From positions 3,355-67,354 of the forward strand of contig JBEGVB010000024.1 in assembly GCA_041178545.1 (NCBI GenBank): a DNA stretch of 64,000 nucleotides, given 5' to 3'. The notes under the pieces are model-generated. The model was given only the letters and a program-made list of their open reading frames with translations. It was not told the origin of the DNA and searched no databases. This DNA comes from Planctomycetota bacterium. GTDB taxonomy: Bacteria; Planctomycetota; UBA1135; UBA2386. Of this stretch, positions 47,255 to 57,990 are shown piece by piece. Both the position numbers and the translations under genes were made by a program. Numbering within the stretch: the first letter of the stretch is position 1; the number at the start of each line of letters is the position of its first letter.

Positions 47255-49357
47255 TCACTGCGCGAGACGCGACAGGTCGGCAACCTGGTTCATCAGGGCG
47301 TGGAGCTGCTGCAGCAGGGCCAGCCGGTTGGTGCGCAGCGCAGCATCATCGACGTTGACCATCACCGCGTCGAAGAACGCGTCCACCGGCGCCTTGAGGG
47401 CGGCAAGGGCCACCAGTCCGGCCTGGAAGTCGCCCTTGGCGAACAGCGGCATCGCCCGTGCGACGGCACCCTCCAGCGCCTTGTGCAGCGCCTGCTCGGC
47501 GGGCTCGCGCAGCAGGGCTGTGTCGGTGCGCGCACCCGCAGGCAGCTCGCTCTTGCGCAGGATGTTGCCGATGCGCTTGTTGGCCTCGGCCAGCGGGACG
47601 GCCTCGGCCAGACCGGCAAAGGCACGCACGGCTGCCAGCCTGCGCGGCACCTCGGCAAGACGCTGGGGTCGCAGGCTCACCACGGAGTCGACCTCCTTGG
47701 CACTGAATCCCTGCTCCCGCGCAAGGAACGCGAGCCGGTCGAACACGAAGTCCGTGAGGGCCGCGCGCGGGTCGGTGATGCGGTCGCCGAACGCAGGAAC
47801 GGCCATGCCCACGAGCGCGTCGAGGGCCAGCGGCAGCTCGCGCTCCGTGACCATGCGGATGACCCCCAGCGCGTGGCGACGAAGGGCAAAAGGGTCCTTG
47901 TCCCCAGTGGGCACCTGGCCGATGCCGAACAATCCCACGAGGGTCTCGACCTTGTCGGCGAGCGCCACGGCGATGCCCGCCTGGTTGCGGGGCAGCGCGT
48001 CCCCGGAGAACCGCGGGCGGTAGTGGTCCTCGACCGCCTGCGCGACCTCCTCGGCCTCGCGGTCGTTGCGCGCGTAGTACCCACCCATGACGCCCTGCAG
48101 CTCGGGGAACTCGCCCACCATGTCGGTGAGCAGGTCGGCCTTCGCCAGCAGTGCAGCGCGGTCTGCACTGGCTGCCAGCGCGTCACCGCCCAGCGCCTTG
48201 CCGATGGCACGAGCGATGGTGCGCACGCGCTCGACGCGCTCGCCCTGGGTGCCGAGCTTGTTGTGGTAGACGACCTTTGCGAGGCCGGGCACCCGCGACT
48301 CGAGCGACTTCTTCCGGTCCTGCTCGAAGAAGAACCGGGCGTCGGCGAGGCGCGGCCGCACCACGCGTTCGTTGCCCCCGACGACGGCGCTCACGTCCGC
48401 AGGACGGATGTTGCTCACCAGCAGGAACCGGTTGCTGAGCCTCCCCTTCGCGTCGAGCAGCGGGAAGTACTTCTGGTTCTGCTTCATCGTGAGGATGAGG
48501 CACTCCTGCGGCACGGCGAGGAACTCCTCCTCGAACGTGCACGACAGCACGTTGGGGTTCTCGACCAACGAGGTCACCTCGTCCAACAGGTCCTCGTCCT
48601 GCACCGGGGACAACCCAGCAGGAGCGCGCTCGGCCAGCTGCCGCACGATCTCGGCGCGGCGCGCGGCAAACGAGGTCACCACGCCGCCCTCGTCCAGCAG
48701 CTGCGCCTCGTAGGAGTCGGCATCCCGCACCTCGACCACCGCGTGCTTCGACTCGAAGCGGTGGCCGCGCGTGGTGCGGCCGGACACGAGGCCAAGCCCC
48801 GTGAGCGGGACCACTGCGCTCCCGTGCAGCGCGACGATGCCGTGGGCCGGACGGACGAACTTCACCGAGGACCAGCCGTCGGCCAACTGGTAGGTCATCA
48901 CCTTGGGGATCGGCAGCTTGGCGAGCGCCTCGTCGAAGGCCGCCTGCAATGCGTTCCCGAGGCTCGCACCGCTCACGGTGACGTCGAGGTACAGCGTCTC
49001 GTTCTTGCCGTCCATCGCGCGCACGGTCCGCGCGAGGGCGGACTCGTCGAGCCCCATCGAGGCGAGCTTCTTGAGCAGGACCGGCGTCGCCTTGCCGTCG
49101 GCGTCGAGCCCGACCTTCACGGGCACCAGCTTCTGGCGCTCCTCACGGTCGGCTGCGCGGGCGGCCACGGAGCCGATGGACACGCCGAGGCGCCGCGGGG
49201 TGCCGTGGGCACGCACGGTCGCGTCGGCAGGCGCGAGCCCCTGGGCACGCAGGCTCGCTGCAATGGAGTCCGCGAACGCGGCACTGAGCCTTGCGAGTGC
49301 CTTGGGCGGCAACTCCTCGACGAACAACTCGACCAGCAGGGTGGCAGTGGCGCTCAC
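47255..49357 (-). CDS. glyS: Glycine--tRNA ligase beta subunit
   Basis: [55 protein letters not shown] overlap with glyQ. Confidence 0.96.
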   Translation of the reverse strand: MSATATLLVELFVEELPPKALARLSAAFADSIAASLRAQGLAPADATVRAHGTPRRLGVSIGSVAARAADREERQKLVPVKVGLDADGKATPVLLKKLASMGLDESALARTVRAMDGKNETLYLDVTVSGASLGNALQAAFDEALAKLPIPKVMTYQLADGWSSVKFVRPAHGIVALHGSAVVPLTGLGLVSGRTTRGHRFESKHAVVEVRDADSYEAQLLDEGGVVTSFAARRAEIVRQLAERAPAGLSPVQDEDLLDEVTSLVENPNVLSCTFEEEFLAVPQECLILTMKQNQKYFPLLDAKGRLSNRFLLVSNIRPADVSAVVGGNERVVRPRLADARFFFEQDRKKSLESRVPGLAKVVYHNKLGTQGERVERVRTIARAIGKALGGDALAASADRAALLAKADLLTDMVGEFPELQGVMGGYYARNDREAEEVAQAVEDHYRPRFSGDALPRNQAGIAVALADKVETLVGLFGIGQVPTGDKDPFALRRHALGVIRMVTERELPLALDALVGMAVPAFGDRITDPRAALTDFVFDRLAFLAREQGFSAKEVDSVVSLRPQRLAEVPRRLAAVRAFAGLAEAVPLAEANKRIGNILRKSELPAGARTDTALLREPAEQALHKALEGAVARAMPLFAKGDFQAGLVALAALKAPVDAFFDAVMVNVDDAALRTNRLALLQQLHALMNQVADLSRLAQ

Positions 49358-50286
49358 GCGGCACCACCCTTCTTCGCGTCGGCCTCGAGCCGTGCCAGCA
49401 CCTCCGCCGACCACGCCTTGGGCGCCATGGGGAAGCCGAGACGTGCGCGGCTGTCGACGTAGCTTGCGGCTACGGCGCGCGCGAGGTTGCGGATGCGGCC
49501 GATGTACGCCGCACGCTCGGTCACGCTGATGGCGCCGCGGGCGTCCAGCAGGTTGAAGGTGTGCGCAGCCTTGAGCAGCTGCTCGTACGCGGGCAGCGCC
49601 AGTTTCTGTTCCATCAGCAGCTTGCTCTGCTTCTCGTGCGCGGCAAACGCCTGCAGCAGGAACTCGACGTCGCTGTGCTCGAAGTTGTAGGCGCTCTGCT
49701 CGACCTCGTTCTGGTGGAACACGTCGCCGTACTTCACGCCCTCGGCAAACGTCAGGTCGAACACGTTCTCGACTCCCTGCAGGTACATGGCCAGGCGCTC
49801 GAGTCCGTAGGTGATCTCACCGGTGATCGGCTTGCAGTCGATGCCGCCCACCTGCTGGAAGTAGGTGAACTGCGTCACCTCCATGCCGTTGAGCCACACC
49901 TCCCAGCCGAGGCCCCAGCAGCCGAGGGTCGGGTTCTCCCAGTCGTCCTCGACGAAGCGCACGTCGTTGCGCTTCAGGTCGAAACCCACCGCCTCCAGCG
50001 AGCCGAGGTAGAGCTCGAGGATGTTGGCGGGCGCGGGTTTCAGTACCACCTGGTACTGGTAGTAGTGCTGCAGTCGGTTCGGGTTCTGGCCGTAGCGGCC
50101 GTCCTTGGGCCGCCGGCTCGGCTGCACGTACGCGGCCTTCCACGGCTCCGGGCCGAGCGCGCGCAGGAACGTGCCGGTGTGGCTGGTGCCAGCGCCCACC
50201 TCCATGTCGTAGGGCTGGAGCAGGGTGCAACCCTGCCGGTCCCAGTATTCCTGCAGACGGAGAATCAGTTGCTGGAAGGTGAGCAT
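49354..50286 (-). CDS. glyQ: Glycine--tRNA ligase alpha subunit
   Basis: [57 protein letters not shown]. Confidence 0.97.
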   Translation of the reverse strand: MLTFQQLILRLQEYWDRQGCTLLQPYDMEVGAGTSHTGTFLRALGPEPWKAAYVQPSRRPKDGRYGQNPNRLQHYYQYQVVLKPAPANILELYLGSLEAVGFDLKRNDVRFVEDDWENPTLGCWGLGWEVWLNGMEVTQFTYFQQVGGIDCKPITGEITYGLERLAMYLQGVENVFDLTFAEGVKYGDVFHQNEVEQSAYNFEHSDVEFLLQAFAAHEKQSKLLMEQKLALPAYEQLLKAAHTFNLLDARGAISVTERAAYIGRIRNLARAVAASYVDSRARLGFPMAPKAWSAEVLARLEADAKKGGAA

Positions 50287-50333
50287 CGCGGTCGCGCCGG
50301 ATCCTAGGACCCCGCTGCACGACGCGCCACGAC

Positions 50334-51470
50334 TCAGTGCCTGCACATGCCCGCGCGCAGTGCGCGGAGCGGGTGGTGCGTGCCGCGCCAACGGATGCCG
50401 CCGCGCACGAGGGCCAGCACCGTGGAGCGCAGCAGGGCGAGAGGCAGCAGGACGCGCGCAAGGGGCACCACCAGTGCAGCGGCCCACGGTGCCCCGTCGC
50501 GCCGTGCCAGGGCAAGTGCAGGGACCACGGCACTCGCGGCCCCGGCAAGCGCCACCCAGCCCAGCGGGTGCACGAGTGGTGCGCCGAGCGAGGCGCAAAA
50601 CACTGCCAGCGCGACAGCTGCGGCCCCGAGCGCGAGGGCGGTGCGGAAACGCGTGGCGGCGAAGAAGTTCTTCTCCAGCACGAAGAACAGGTCGCCGAGG
50701 GTGCAGCCCCAATCGACGGTGAGTTCGCGGGGCGCGAACCAGACCCGCGCCCGCACCCCGTGGCGAAACAGCAGGAAGCCGAGGTACACGTCGTCGAGCA
50801 CCTCCATGGCGAGCGGCTCGTGGCCGCCCACGGCCCGGTGGTCGGCAGCGCGCACCAGGTTGCAGGCACCGAGGCCGGCAAAGGTGCGCGGTGGCTCGCG
50901 CAGCACCAGCCACAGCCGCGGCATGGCCATGAGCTGGAACGCGAGCCAGCCCGCCCAGCCGCCGACTCCCGCATGCCGTGGCCCGGGCAACAGCATCAGG
51001 TGGCCCGCACCGGCATGCATGCCTGCAGCAAGGGCGCGCGCGAGCGCGTCCGGGGCAAAGCGTGCATCGGCGTCGGTGAACAGCAGCCACTCACCCGTGG
51101 CCACGCGGGTGCCCTGCACCAGCGCATGGGGCTTGCCGAGCCAGCCCGCGGGCAGTTCGCGCACGGTGACGACGCGTACACGGGCATCCTCGACCGCAAG
51201 GCGCCCCAGCACCGCACCAGTGCCATCCGTCGACCGGTCGTCCACCACCACCACGTCGAGGTCGACATGGCGTTGCGCCAGCAGCGCGCGCACCGTGGCC
51301 TCGACCTCGTGGGCGCCGTCCCGCACCGCGACCACGGCCGTCACGCGCGGCATGGGGCCGGACACTCCCGCAGGCAGGTCCGGGACCGCTCGCACCGCCA
51401 CCAGTTCCAGCGTGGACCAGGCTGCGTGCACGGCGCCCAGTGCGACACAGGTGGCACCGAGCGCGTCCAT
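50334..51470 (-). CDS. Glycosyltransferase family 2 (HpnB/CrtQ-like)
   Basis: [41 protein letters not shown]. Confidence 0.85.
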   Translation of the reverse strand: MDALGATCVALGAVHAAWSTLELVAVRAVPDLPAGVSGPMPRVTAVVAVRDGAHEVEATVRALLAQRHVDLDVVVVDDRSTDGTGAVLGRLAVEDARVRVVTVRELPAGWLGKPHALVQGTRVATGEWLLFTDADARFAPDALARALAAGMHAGAGHLMLLPGPRHAGVGGWAGWLAFQLMAMPRLWLVLREPPRTFAGLGACNLVRAADHRAVGGHEPLAMEVLDDVYLGFLLFRHGVRARVWFAPRELTVDWGCTLGDLFFVLEKNFFAATRFRTALALGAAAVALAVFCASLGAPLVHPLGWVALAGAASAVVPALALARRDGAPWAAALVVPLARVLLPLALLRSTVLALVRGGIRWRGTHHPLRALRAGMCRH

Positions 51471-51474
51471 CTGC

Positions 51475-51981
51475 TCAGGATTCCACGGTGTAGATACCGC
51501 GCTGGCCGGGCGTCTCCTCGACCCCCACCGAGAGCTTCTGCACGTGCAGGCCGGGCCAGTGCCTCTCGATGCGCGCCAGGATCTCGCGGCCCACCCACGT
51601 GGCGAGGTTCTCGGCCGAACTGTTGCTGATCGGCAGCACGATCACCTCCTTCGCGGGGATGGAGTAGAAGCGCTCGCCGTAACGGATCTCCATCTGGCCG
51701 TCGGCCGTCGGCCGCGCCGTGAGGACCGGGTGCTGGCCGGGGATCAGCACGTGCTCGTCGAGGCTGTCCACCAACTCGCGGATGAGCGGCTTGATCTCCT
51801 TGAAGTTGAGCACCAGCCCGTGCTGGTCGAGGCCGGTCTGCACGTCCACGTAGACCTTGTAGTTGTGGCCGTGCAACTGCTCCGCGGTGCCGTCCGGGAA
51901 GATGAGGAAGTGCGCGGCACTGAACTTCAGGTAGTCCTTGTGGACGCTGATCGACCAGGATTCACGGGGCGTGCTCGGCAT
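51475..51981 (-). CDS. 6-pyruvoyl-tetrahydropterin synthase family protein (PTPS-III-type ExxHGH motif)
   Basis: FSAAHF, AEQLHGHNY, LNFKEIK, LDE, SSAENLA, VEET. Confidence 0.85.
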   Translation of the reverse strand: MPSTPRESWSISVHKDYLKFSAAHFLIFPDGTAEQLHGHNYKVYVDVQTGLDQHGLVLNFKEIKPLIRELVDSLDEHVLIPGQHPVLTARPTADGQMEIRYGERFYSIPAKEVIVLPISNSSAENLATWVGREILARIERHWPGLHVQKLSVGVEETPGQRGIYTVES

Positions 51982-52013
51982 GGCGGCTCCCACGCAGCGT
52001 AGCGGGGCCGGGC

Positions 52014-53207
52014 TCAGGTCCCCAAGGTCATGTGCAGTCGCGCGCTCGCAACAAGACCTGCGTACCCGGCACACGGTGCCGACGGTGCCTGCAGCAGCAC
52101 CCACTGGGCCCCGAGGACGACCCCGACGAATGCCGGGTTGGTGGGCACCAGCCATGGCCAGCTGGCCGCCCCGCCGGACTGCGGCACGAACGAGTAGCTG
52201 GGCGCGTTGAGGAACGTGCAGGTCCCACAGCTGCTCTCGTTGCCCGGGAAGCCGAGCCCGACGAACGGCAGCGCCCCCGCAGGCGCGCCCTGCAGCGTCA
52301 GGGCGAAGTTGGTGCTGCCAAGCGTGAAGGCGCCTGTGGTGCCGATCGTGCCCGCGCTGCCGCACGAACTGCCCACGGTGACCACCGAGGAGGCCGCGAC
52401 CGAGAAGCCCAGGTGGTTGGCCACCGCGCGGTGGCTGCCGCCGCTGGGCCGGTTCTGGACCAGCGTGCCGCCGGGCGGTGACCACAGGAGCGAGGACGAG
52501 CCGCCGCCGTCGAGGTTGACGGCGCGCCACGCGCCCATGGCGATGAGAACGTTGGCGACCTCGGGCAGCGTCATGCCCACCGACCAACCAGTCTGCCGGC
52601 CGTCCACCACCACGAGGTAGAGGGTCGTGCCCTGCTGGTTGGTGCCCACTGCCGTGCGCGGGTTGCGGACGAGAGGGTCGACGCGCGCCGTCGTGCCGGT
52701 GTTGACCCCGTCCGTCACGAGCAGCGTGCCGGGCACCGTGTCGGTGCTGCTGGGCCCGACACCTGCAACGGCCCACTGTGCTGCGGCCGCCTGCGCGGTC
52801 GTGATGTTGCCGATGGTTGCAATGCGGTTCGATCCGATCGCGAGCGCGGGGTCCGGGGCGGTGCCGAACTGGCGCACGGGCGAAACCAGCGCACCATTGC
52901 TCTTGCTGAGCCCGATCACGTCCGCGGTCGTCGCCGTGAAGGTGCCGAAGAAGTTGGCGTTGACCGACAACTGGTTGCCGAGCCGCGTGTGCCAGCTCAG
53001 CGTCGTCTCCAGCACGGCCTCGTGGGACTGGGCCGGGACCAGTGGCGCGGTGACGTGGATCCTCAACCTCGGGTCGGCAAGGTCCACCACGGCAACGAAA
53101 CCGCGTGCCGTGCCGCCCGTCGTCGACCACGTCTGCGCTGCCACCGTGACCTGGGCTTGCGCCGCCACGGCGAGTGCCAGCCCAGCGAGAACCGCGCGAA
53201 CCACCAT
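52014..53207 (-). CDS. Secreted phosphodiester glycosidase (NAGPA) family protein with conserved C-terminal domain
   Basis: VNANFF, RNPRTAVG, VVVDGRQ...SVGMTL, AVNLDGGGSS, NRPS...RAVAN. Confidence 0.85.
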   Translation of the reverse strand: MVVRAVLAGLALAVAAQAQVTVAAQTWSTTGGTARGFVAVVDLADPRLRIHVTAPLVPAQSHEAVLETTLSWHTRLGNQLSVNANFFGTFTATTADVIGLSKSNGALVSPVRQFGTAPDPALAIGSNRIATIGNITTAQAAAAQWAVAGVGPSSTDTVPGTLLVTDGVNTGTTARVDPLVRNPRTAVGTNQQGTTLYLVVVDGRQTGWSVGMTLPEVANVLIAMGAWRAVNLDGGGSSSLLWSPPGGTLVQNRPSGGSHRAVANHLGFSVAASSVVTVGSSCGSAGTIGTTGAFTLGSTNFALTLQGAPAGALPFVGLGFPGNESSCGTCTFLNAPSYSFVPQSGGAASWPWLVPTNPAFVGVVLGAQWVLLQAPSAPCAGYAGLVASARLHMTLGT

Positions 53208-53396
53208 GTCCTCAACTTAGCCCACCGGGGAAGGGCGGGGACAGGCGGGCCACCCCCGCTTCCCGTCGACCCATCGACCGGAAATCCGAGGTTCCAGCCG
53301 GGCCACCCTTGATCGCCGCTGGGCCATGTGCTGCAAAGGTGCCATGGCAGGGGCTCTGGTGCCCCGCCGCACCCACAACCAAGGATCGAGAACAAC

Positions 53397-53588
53397 ATGA
53401 GCCAGAACTTCGACCGCCTGGTCCAGGCCATCGAGGCCATCCGCGAGGACGTGGCCAAGGCTGACGGTGGCAACAAGGCCGCCAAGACGCGCGTGCGCAA
53501 GGCGATGCAGGACGTGAAGAACATCGCCCAGGACGTCCGCAAGGAAATGCTGGGCGCCGGCGAGGCCGGCGAGGGCGGCGACAGCTGA
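53397..53588 (+). CDS. Histone H1-like nucleoid protein (Hc1 family N-terminal domain)
   Basis: D..KA..GNKAA.TRVRKAMQDVK..AQ.VRKE signature; 63 aa. Confidence 0.8.
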   Translation: MSQNFDRLVQAIEAIREDVAKADGGNKAAKTRVRKAMQDVKNIAQDVRKEMLGAGEAGEGGDS

Positions 53589-53675
53589 CCCGTACCCGGG
53601 CCGGGACGCTGCGCGGGCCCTCCCCGGGGCCCCGCGGCGCCCGCCGGCCCAGTGCAGCGCACCCCATCGCGCCCC

Positions 53676-54005
53676 ATGGACCTTGCCGCGATCCCGTGGC
53701 GCGAGACCCGGTACCCGGGTGTGCGGATCCACTTCTACGCGAGCGACCGGACCTCGGGCCGCGTGGTGGCCTTGATCGCGATGGAACCGGGCTGCGGCTA
53801 CCCCCGCCACCTGCACCGCGACGCCGAGGACATCCTGGTGCTCCAGGGCGGCTACGCCGACGAGTTCGCGACCTACCTACAGGGCAGCTGCGCCCACTAC
53901 GGGCGTGGCACGTGCCACAGCCCGGTTGCCCTGCGGAGCGGCCCCACCTGCGTGCTGCTGACCACGGCCACCGAGGGCATCCAACTGCTCGACGGCACGG
54001 ACTGA
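53676..54005 (+). CDS. Cupin domain protein (ChrR/cupin_7-like)
   Basis: IPW..T..PGV, PG..YPRHLH...EDILVLQG, G.CHSP. Confidence 0.75.
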   Translation: MDLAAIPWRETRYPGVRIHFYASDRTSGRVVALIAMEPGCGYPRHLHRDAEDILVLQGGYADEFATYLQGSCAHYGRGTCHSPVALRSGPTCVLLTTATEGIQLLDGTD

Positions 54006-54119
54006 CGCGCTGCACGGACGCTGCGGGCCCCCGGAAACGAGACCGGCGCCCCCGACCGTGAGGTCGAGCGCGCCGGCTGTGGCGGTCCGGGCAGCTGCAG
54101 CCGCCGGGACGCGGTCAAC

Positions 54120-56198
54120 TCACTTGGCGTATTCCTCGAGCACCTTGGTGGCGATGTTCGGCGGCACCGGCTCGTAGCTGGCGGGCTCCATGGTGTACGT
54201 GCCGCGACCCTGGGTCAGCGAACGAAGCATCGTGGAGTACTGGAACATCTCGGCGAGCGGCACCTTGCCGGTCACGGCGGAGATGCCACCCGGCTTGGAG
54301 ATCATCTCCTCGACCAGGCCGCGGCGGCTGCTGAGGTCGCCGATGACGTCGCCGGTCTTCTCCTCGGGCGTCTCGATCTCGATCTTCATGATCGGCTCGA
54401 GCAGCAGCGAGTTGTTCTCGGCGGCCATGCGGAAGGCGAGCACGCCTGCGGCCTCGAACGCCATCGTCGAGGAGTCGACGTCATGGCTCTGGCCGTCCCA
54501 CAGCTCGGCGACGATCTTGCAGTACGGGAAGCCGATACGGCCACCGCCGGTGACCGCCTGCTTGATGCCGTACTCGACCGAGGGGATGTACTCACGCGGC
54601 ACCGAGCCGCCCTTCACCGCGTCGACGAAGTTGAGGTCCTCGACGGTCTCGTCCACCGTGAAGCGCACGCGCGCCACGGCGAACTGGCCCGAGCCACCCG
54701 ACTGCTTGATGTGGCGTGCCTCGACGTCCTTCGGGCCCTTGAGGGTCATCTTGTAGGCGACCTTCGGGCGACCCACGACCACCGGGATCTTGTAGTCGTT
54801 CTGGATCATGTTGCACTTCACCTCGAGGTGGAGTTCGCCCATGCCCGAGATGACCATCTGGCCGGTCTGCTCGTCGGTGCGCGCCTTGAACGTCGGGTCC
54901 TCGCGCACGAACTTGCCGATCACCGTCGACAGCTTGTCGCGGTCGCTCTGGTTCTTCGGCTCGATGGCCATGCTGATCACGGTGTCCGGGAAGTTCATGG
55001 CCTCGAACACGACCGGGTTCTCCTTGGTGGAGAGCGTGTCGCCCGTGATCGAGTCCTTGATGCCCACCGCCGCCACGATGTCACCGGCGCGCGCACTGTC
55101 GATCGGCTCGCGGTTGTTGGCGTGCATGCGCATGAGGCGGCCGATGCGCTCGAAGCGGCGCAGGCGCGCGTTGTAGTACTTCTCGCCCTGGACCATCTCG
55201 CCCGTGTAGATGCGGATGAAGGTGAGGTCGCCGTTCGGGTCGCTGATGGTCTTGAAGACCAGGCCACTGAAGGGCTCCTGCGGCATGAGCGGGCGGGCGA
55301 CCACCTCGCCGGAATCGGGGTTCTTGCCCTCGATCGGGGGCACGTCCAGCGGGCTCGGCAGGTAGTCGACGATGGCGTCGAGCACGAGCTGGACACCCTT
55401 GTCCTTGAAGGCCGAGCCGCAGAACACCGGGGTGAACTTGAGCTCGAGGGTGCCCTTGCGGATCGCCGCCTTGACCTCGTCGTTGGAGATCTCCTCGCCG
55501 CCGAGGAACTTCTCGATGAGCTTGTCGTCGGCCTCGGCCACCGCCTCGATCATCTTCTCGCGCTGGGCCTTGGCCTCGGCCATCAGGGCCGCGGGGATCT
55601 CGCTCACCGTCATCTCGCGTGCGTCGTCATCCGACCAGACGCACAAGCGCATGTTGACGAGGTCGACGACGCCAGCGAACTCCTTCTCCTTGCCGTAGGG
55701 CATGACCATCGGCACGGCGTTGGCGTTGAGGCGCTTCCGCATCGACTCGACGGCCTTGTAGAAGTCGGCGCCGGTGCGGTCCATCTTGTTGACGAACGCG
55801 ACGCGCGGGACCTTGTAGCGGTTGGCCTGGCGCCACACCGTCTCGGACTGCGGCTGCACGCCTGCCACGGCGCAGAACACGCCGACGGCACCGTCGAGAA
55901 CGCGGAGCGAGCGCTCCACCTCGGCCGTGAAGTCCACGTGGCCCGGGGTGTCGATGAGGCTCATGCGGTGCTCGCGCCAGAAGCACGTCGTCGCGGCCGA
56001 CGTGATCGTGATGCCGCGCTTCCGCTCCTCCTCGAGGTAGTCCATCGTGGCAGCACCCTCGTGCACCTCACCGATCTTGTGGCTCTTGCCGGTGATGAAG
56101 AGGATGCGCTCGCTGAACGTCGTCTTGCCCGCGTCGATGTGTGCGATCACACCGAAGTTGCGGTAGGTCTTGATGGTCTGGGCGTCTTTTTGCGACAT
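54120..56198 (-). CDS. fusA: Elongation factor G (stand-alone copy)
   Basis: [47 protein letters not shown]. Confidence 0.95.
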   Translation of the reverse strand: MSQKDAQTIKTYRNFGVIAHIDAGKTTFSERILFITGKSHKIGEVHEGAATMDYLEEERKRGITITSAATTCFWREHRMSLIDTPGHVDFTAEVERSLRVLDGAVGVFCAVAGVQPQSETVWRQANRYKVPRVAFVNKMDRTGADFYKAVESMRKRLNANAVPMVMPYGKEKEFAGVVDLVNMRLCVWSDDDAREMTVSEIPAALMAEAKAQREKMIEAVAEADDKLIEKFLGGEEISNDEVKAAIRKGTLELKFTPVFCGSAFKDKGVQLVLDAIVDYLPSPLDVPPIEGKNPDSGEVVARPLMPQEPFSGLVFKTISDPNGDLTFIRIYTGEMVQGEKYYNARLRRFERIGRLMRMHANNREPIDSARAGDIVAAVGIKDSITGDTLSTKENPVVFEAMNFPDTVISMAIEPKNQSDRDKLSTVIGKFVREDPTFKARTDEQTGQMVISGMGELHLEVKCNMIQNDYKIPVVVGRPKVAYKMTLKGPKDVEARHIKQSGGSGQFAVARVRFTVDETVEDLNFVDAVKGGSVPREYIPSVEYGIKQAVTGGGRIGFPYCKIVAELWDGQSHDVDSSTMAFEAAGVLAFRMAAENNSLLLEPIMKIEIETPEEKTGDVIGDLSSRRGLVEEMISKPGGISAVTGKVPLAEMFQYSTMLRSLTQGRGTYTMEPASYEPVPPNIATKVLEEYAK

Positions 56199-56313
56199 GG
56201 GTCTCGGGGGAGCTGGCGGATTGGAAGGCCGAACAGGTTAGCGAGCCCCCCCCGGGGGTCAACCAGACCCGCCCTCCGGGAGCCAAGAAACCCCGCAGGC
56301 GGGCCGGTGCGCC

Positions 56314-57990
56314 TCAGCCGCCCGCGAGCACGCGCTGGGCCGCGGCGAGGCGCGGGGGATCCTGGTTCCAGCCGAAGTAGAAGCGCTGGAAGCCCTCGAA
56401 CTCGGCCTGCAGGGCGGCCCGGTCCCGCCCGGCAGCCCCTGCCACCCACTGGTCGATCACGGTGCGGATGTCGGTGAACTCGATGCCATCGACGCCCTTC
56501 ATGCGGTCCATGAGCCCCTGGTCCCAGTGCACGAGGAGCACGGGCATCCCGAACAGCCGCGCCTCGCGCCACGGCTCCACCTCGCCCCACTTGGGACCGA
56601 GCCAGAGCTGGACCCGTCGCTCGAACAGGTACTCGGGCCGCATCAGGATCGACTTCTCGTGGCCGATCCGACCGCGCTCGGGCAGCTCCATGGTGGCAAG
56701 GGTGCGGTCGGTGAGGCCGGCGGCGCCCTCGAGCGCATAGGGGAAGCGCGCCTCGTACACGAACATGGCCTGGCTGCCGAAGAACACCACGCGGGCACCC
56801 TCGGGGCCCAGCGCCTCGCGCACCCTGCGCGCCAACGCACGTTCTGCTGCGACCTTCTCGACCGGGTACTGCTCGCGCTCCTCGGTGACGCCGTCCACCT
56901 CCGTGTGCAAGCCGCGCAGCTGCGGGTGCTCGCTCCACGCCAACGTGGCACCGGCAACCACGGCGAGGGCCGCCCACTGGCCGGCCGGGGCGAGCCACCT
57001 GCGCACCAGCAACTCGACCGCGAGGTAGAGCAGCGGCGTGACCGGCAGCAGGAAACGACCGAACATGAAGTCGCCGCCCACCCACACGACGAACGCCCCG
57101 TACGTGAACACGACGAGGGCGAGCCAACGCCAGGCCCAGGCAGCAGGGGCGGCGGACTCGGCGGCCCCGCGGGCCGTGCGCGGGGCGACCAGCAGGAACA
57201 GTGCGGCCAGGAGCGCGGGCACCAGCACCCAGTACGACTGCAGGTAGAGCGCCACGTAGTGCAGGCCCTGGCTCGCATAGGCGTCACCGGCGGACTTGGC
57301 GTGGAAGGTGTTGGGCACCAGGTCGCCGTAGTAGGAGAGCCGCCAGGCGAGGAACGAGCCGAACAAGGCGAGTGCCGGCACCGCGTAGGCAACGAAGGAC
57401 CCCACGCCGCGGGTGCGGACCGAGTGCCATGCAGCAGCACCTGCGGCAAGCACCGCGAGGACGGCACCGTCGGGGCGCGTCATGGCCGTGAATGCGGCCA
57501 CGGCACCCGCAGCAGCCCAGCTGCGTGGTCGGTTGGCCCCGCCCACCAGGCCCACCAGCACCACGGTGCACAGCTGGAACAGGGCGGTCTCGAGGCCGCA
57601 GCTGCTGAACGACTGGCTGTGGTGGTGAAGCAACAGGCAGACCGCGGCAACGGGCAGGGCCCGGTCGGCAGGCAGCAGGCGGCGCCCGGCCCATGCGAGC
57701 GCCAGGCCACACAGCGCGAAGCATGCGATGCCCGCATGCTGGCTGAAGACCACGGGGTCGCGCCCGAGCCGGGCCGCGGCAGCGCACAACAGCGTCCACG
57801 TGAAGTTGCTGTAGCCCTCGACCCGCTCCTCGGCGTTGAACACGAGGCCAAGGCCCTCGGCGAGGTTCACGGCATACCGGTAGGTGATGAATGCGTCGTC
57901 GCACAGCCAGCGCAACGAGAGGGCACGGGCGACGCCGAGGGCGAGCGCGGCACAGAGCACCAGCAGGCCGAGTCGGGACATGCGGGTCAT
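56314..57990 (-). CDS. GT-C membrane glycosyltransferase (arabinofuranosyltransferase-like), paralogue 2
   Basis: DDAFITYRYA..L..G.GLVFN..ERVEGYSNFTW, GLET, TRPDG, PNTFHAK, GGDFM.GRF. ATGA overlap with paralogue 1. Confidence 0.75.
   Translation of the reverse strand: MTRMSRLGLLVLCAALALGVARALSLRWLCDDAFITYRYAVNLAEGLGLVFNAEERVEGYSNFTWTLLCAAAARLGRDPVVFSQHAGIACFALCGLALAWAGRRLLPADRALPVAAVCLLLHHHSQSFSSCGLETALFQLCTVVLVGLVGGANRPRSWAAAGAVAAFTAMTRPDGAVLAVLAAGAAAWHSVRTRGVGSFVAYAVPALALFGSFLAWRLSYYGDLVPNTFHAKSAGDAYASQGLHYVALYLQSYWVLVPALLAALFLLVAPRTARGAAESAAPAAWAWRWLALVVFTYGAFVVWVGGDFMFGRFLLPVTPLLYLAVELLVRRWLAPAGQWAALAVVAGATLAWSEHPQLRGLHTEVDGVTEEREQYPVEKVAAERALARRVREALGPEGARVVFFGSQAMFVYEARFPYALEGAAGLTDRTLATMELPERGRIGHEKSILMRPEYLFERRVQLWLGPKWGEVEPWREARLFGMPVLLVHWDQGLMDRMKGVDGIEFTDIRTVIDQWVAGAAGRDRAALQAEFEGFQRFYFGWNQDPPRLAAAQRVLAGG

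Noticed and set aside
51475-51981. queD annotation
   Set aside because: It lacks the catalytic Cys of CxxxHGH and has no que neighbours; ExxHGH indicates PTPS-III.
53613-53636. GC-rich hairpin after the Hc1-like gene as an intrinsic terminator
   Set aside because: The stem is present but there is no U-tract, so support is insufficient.
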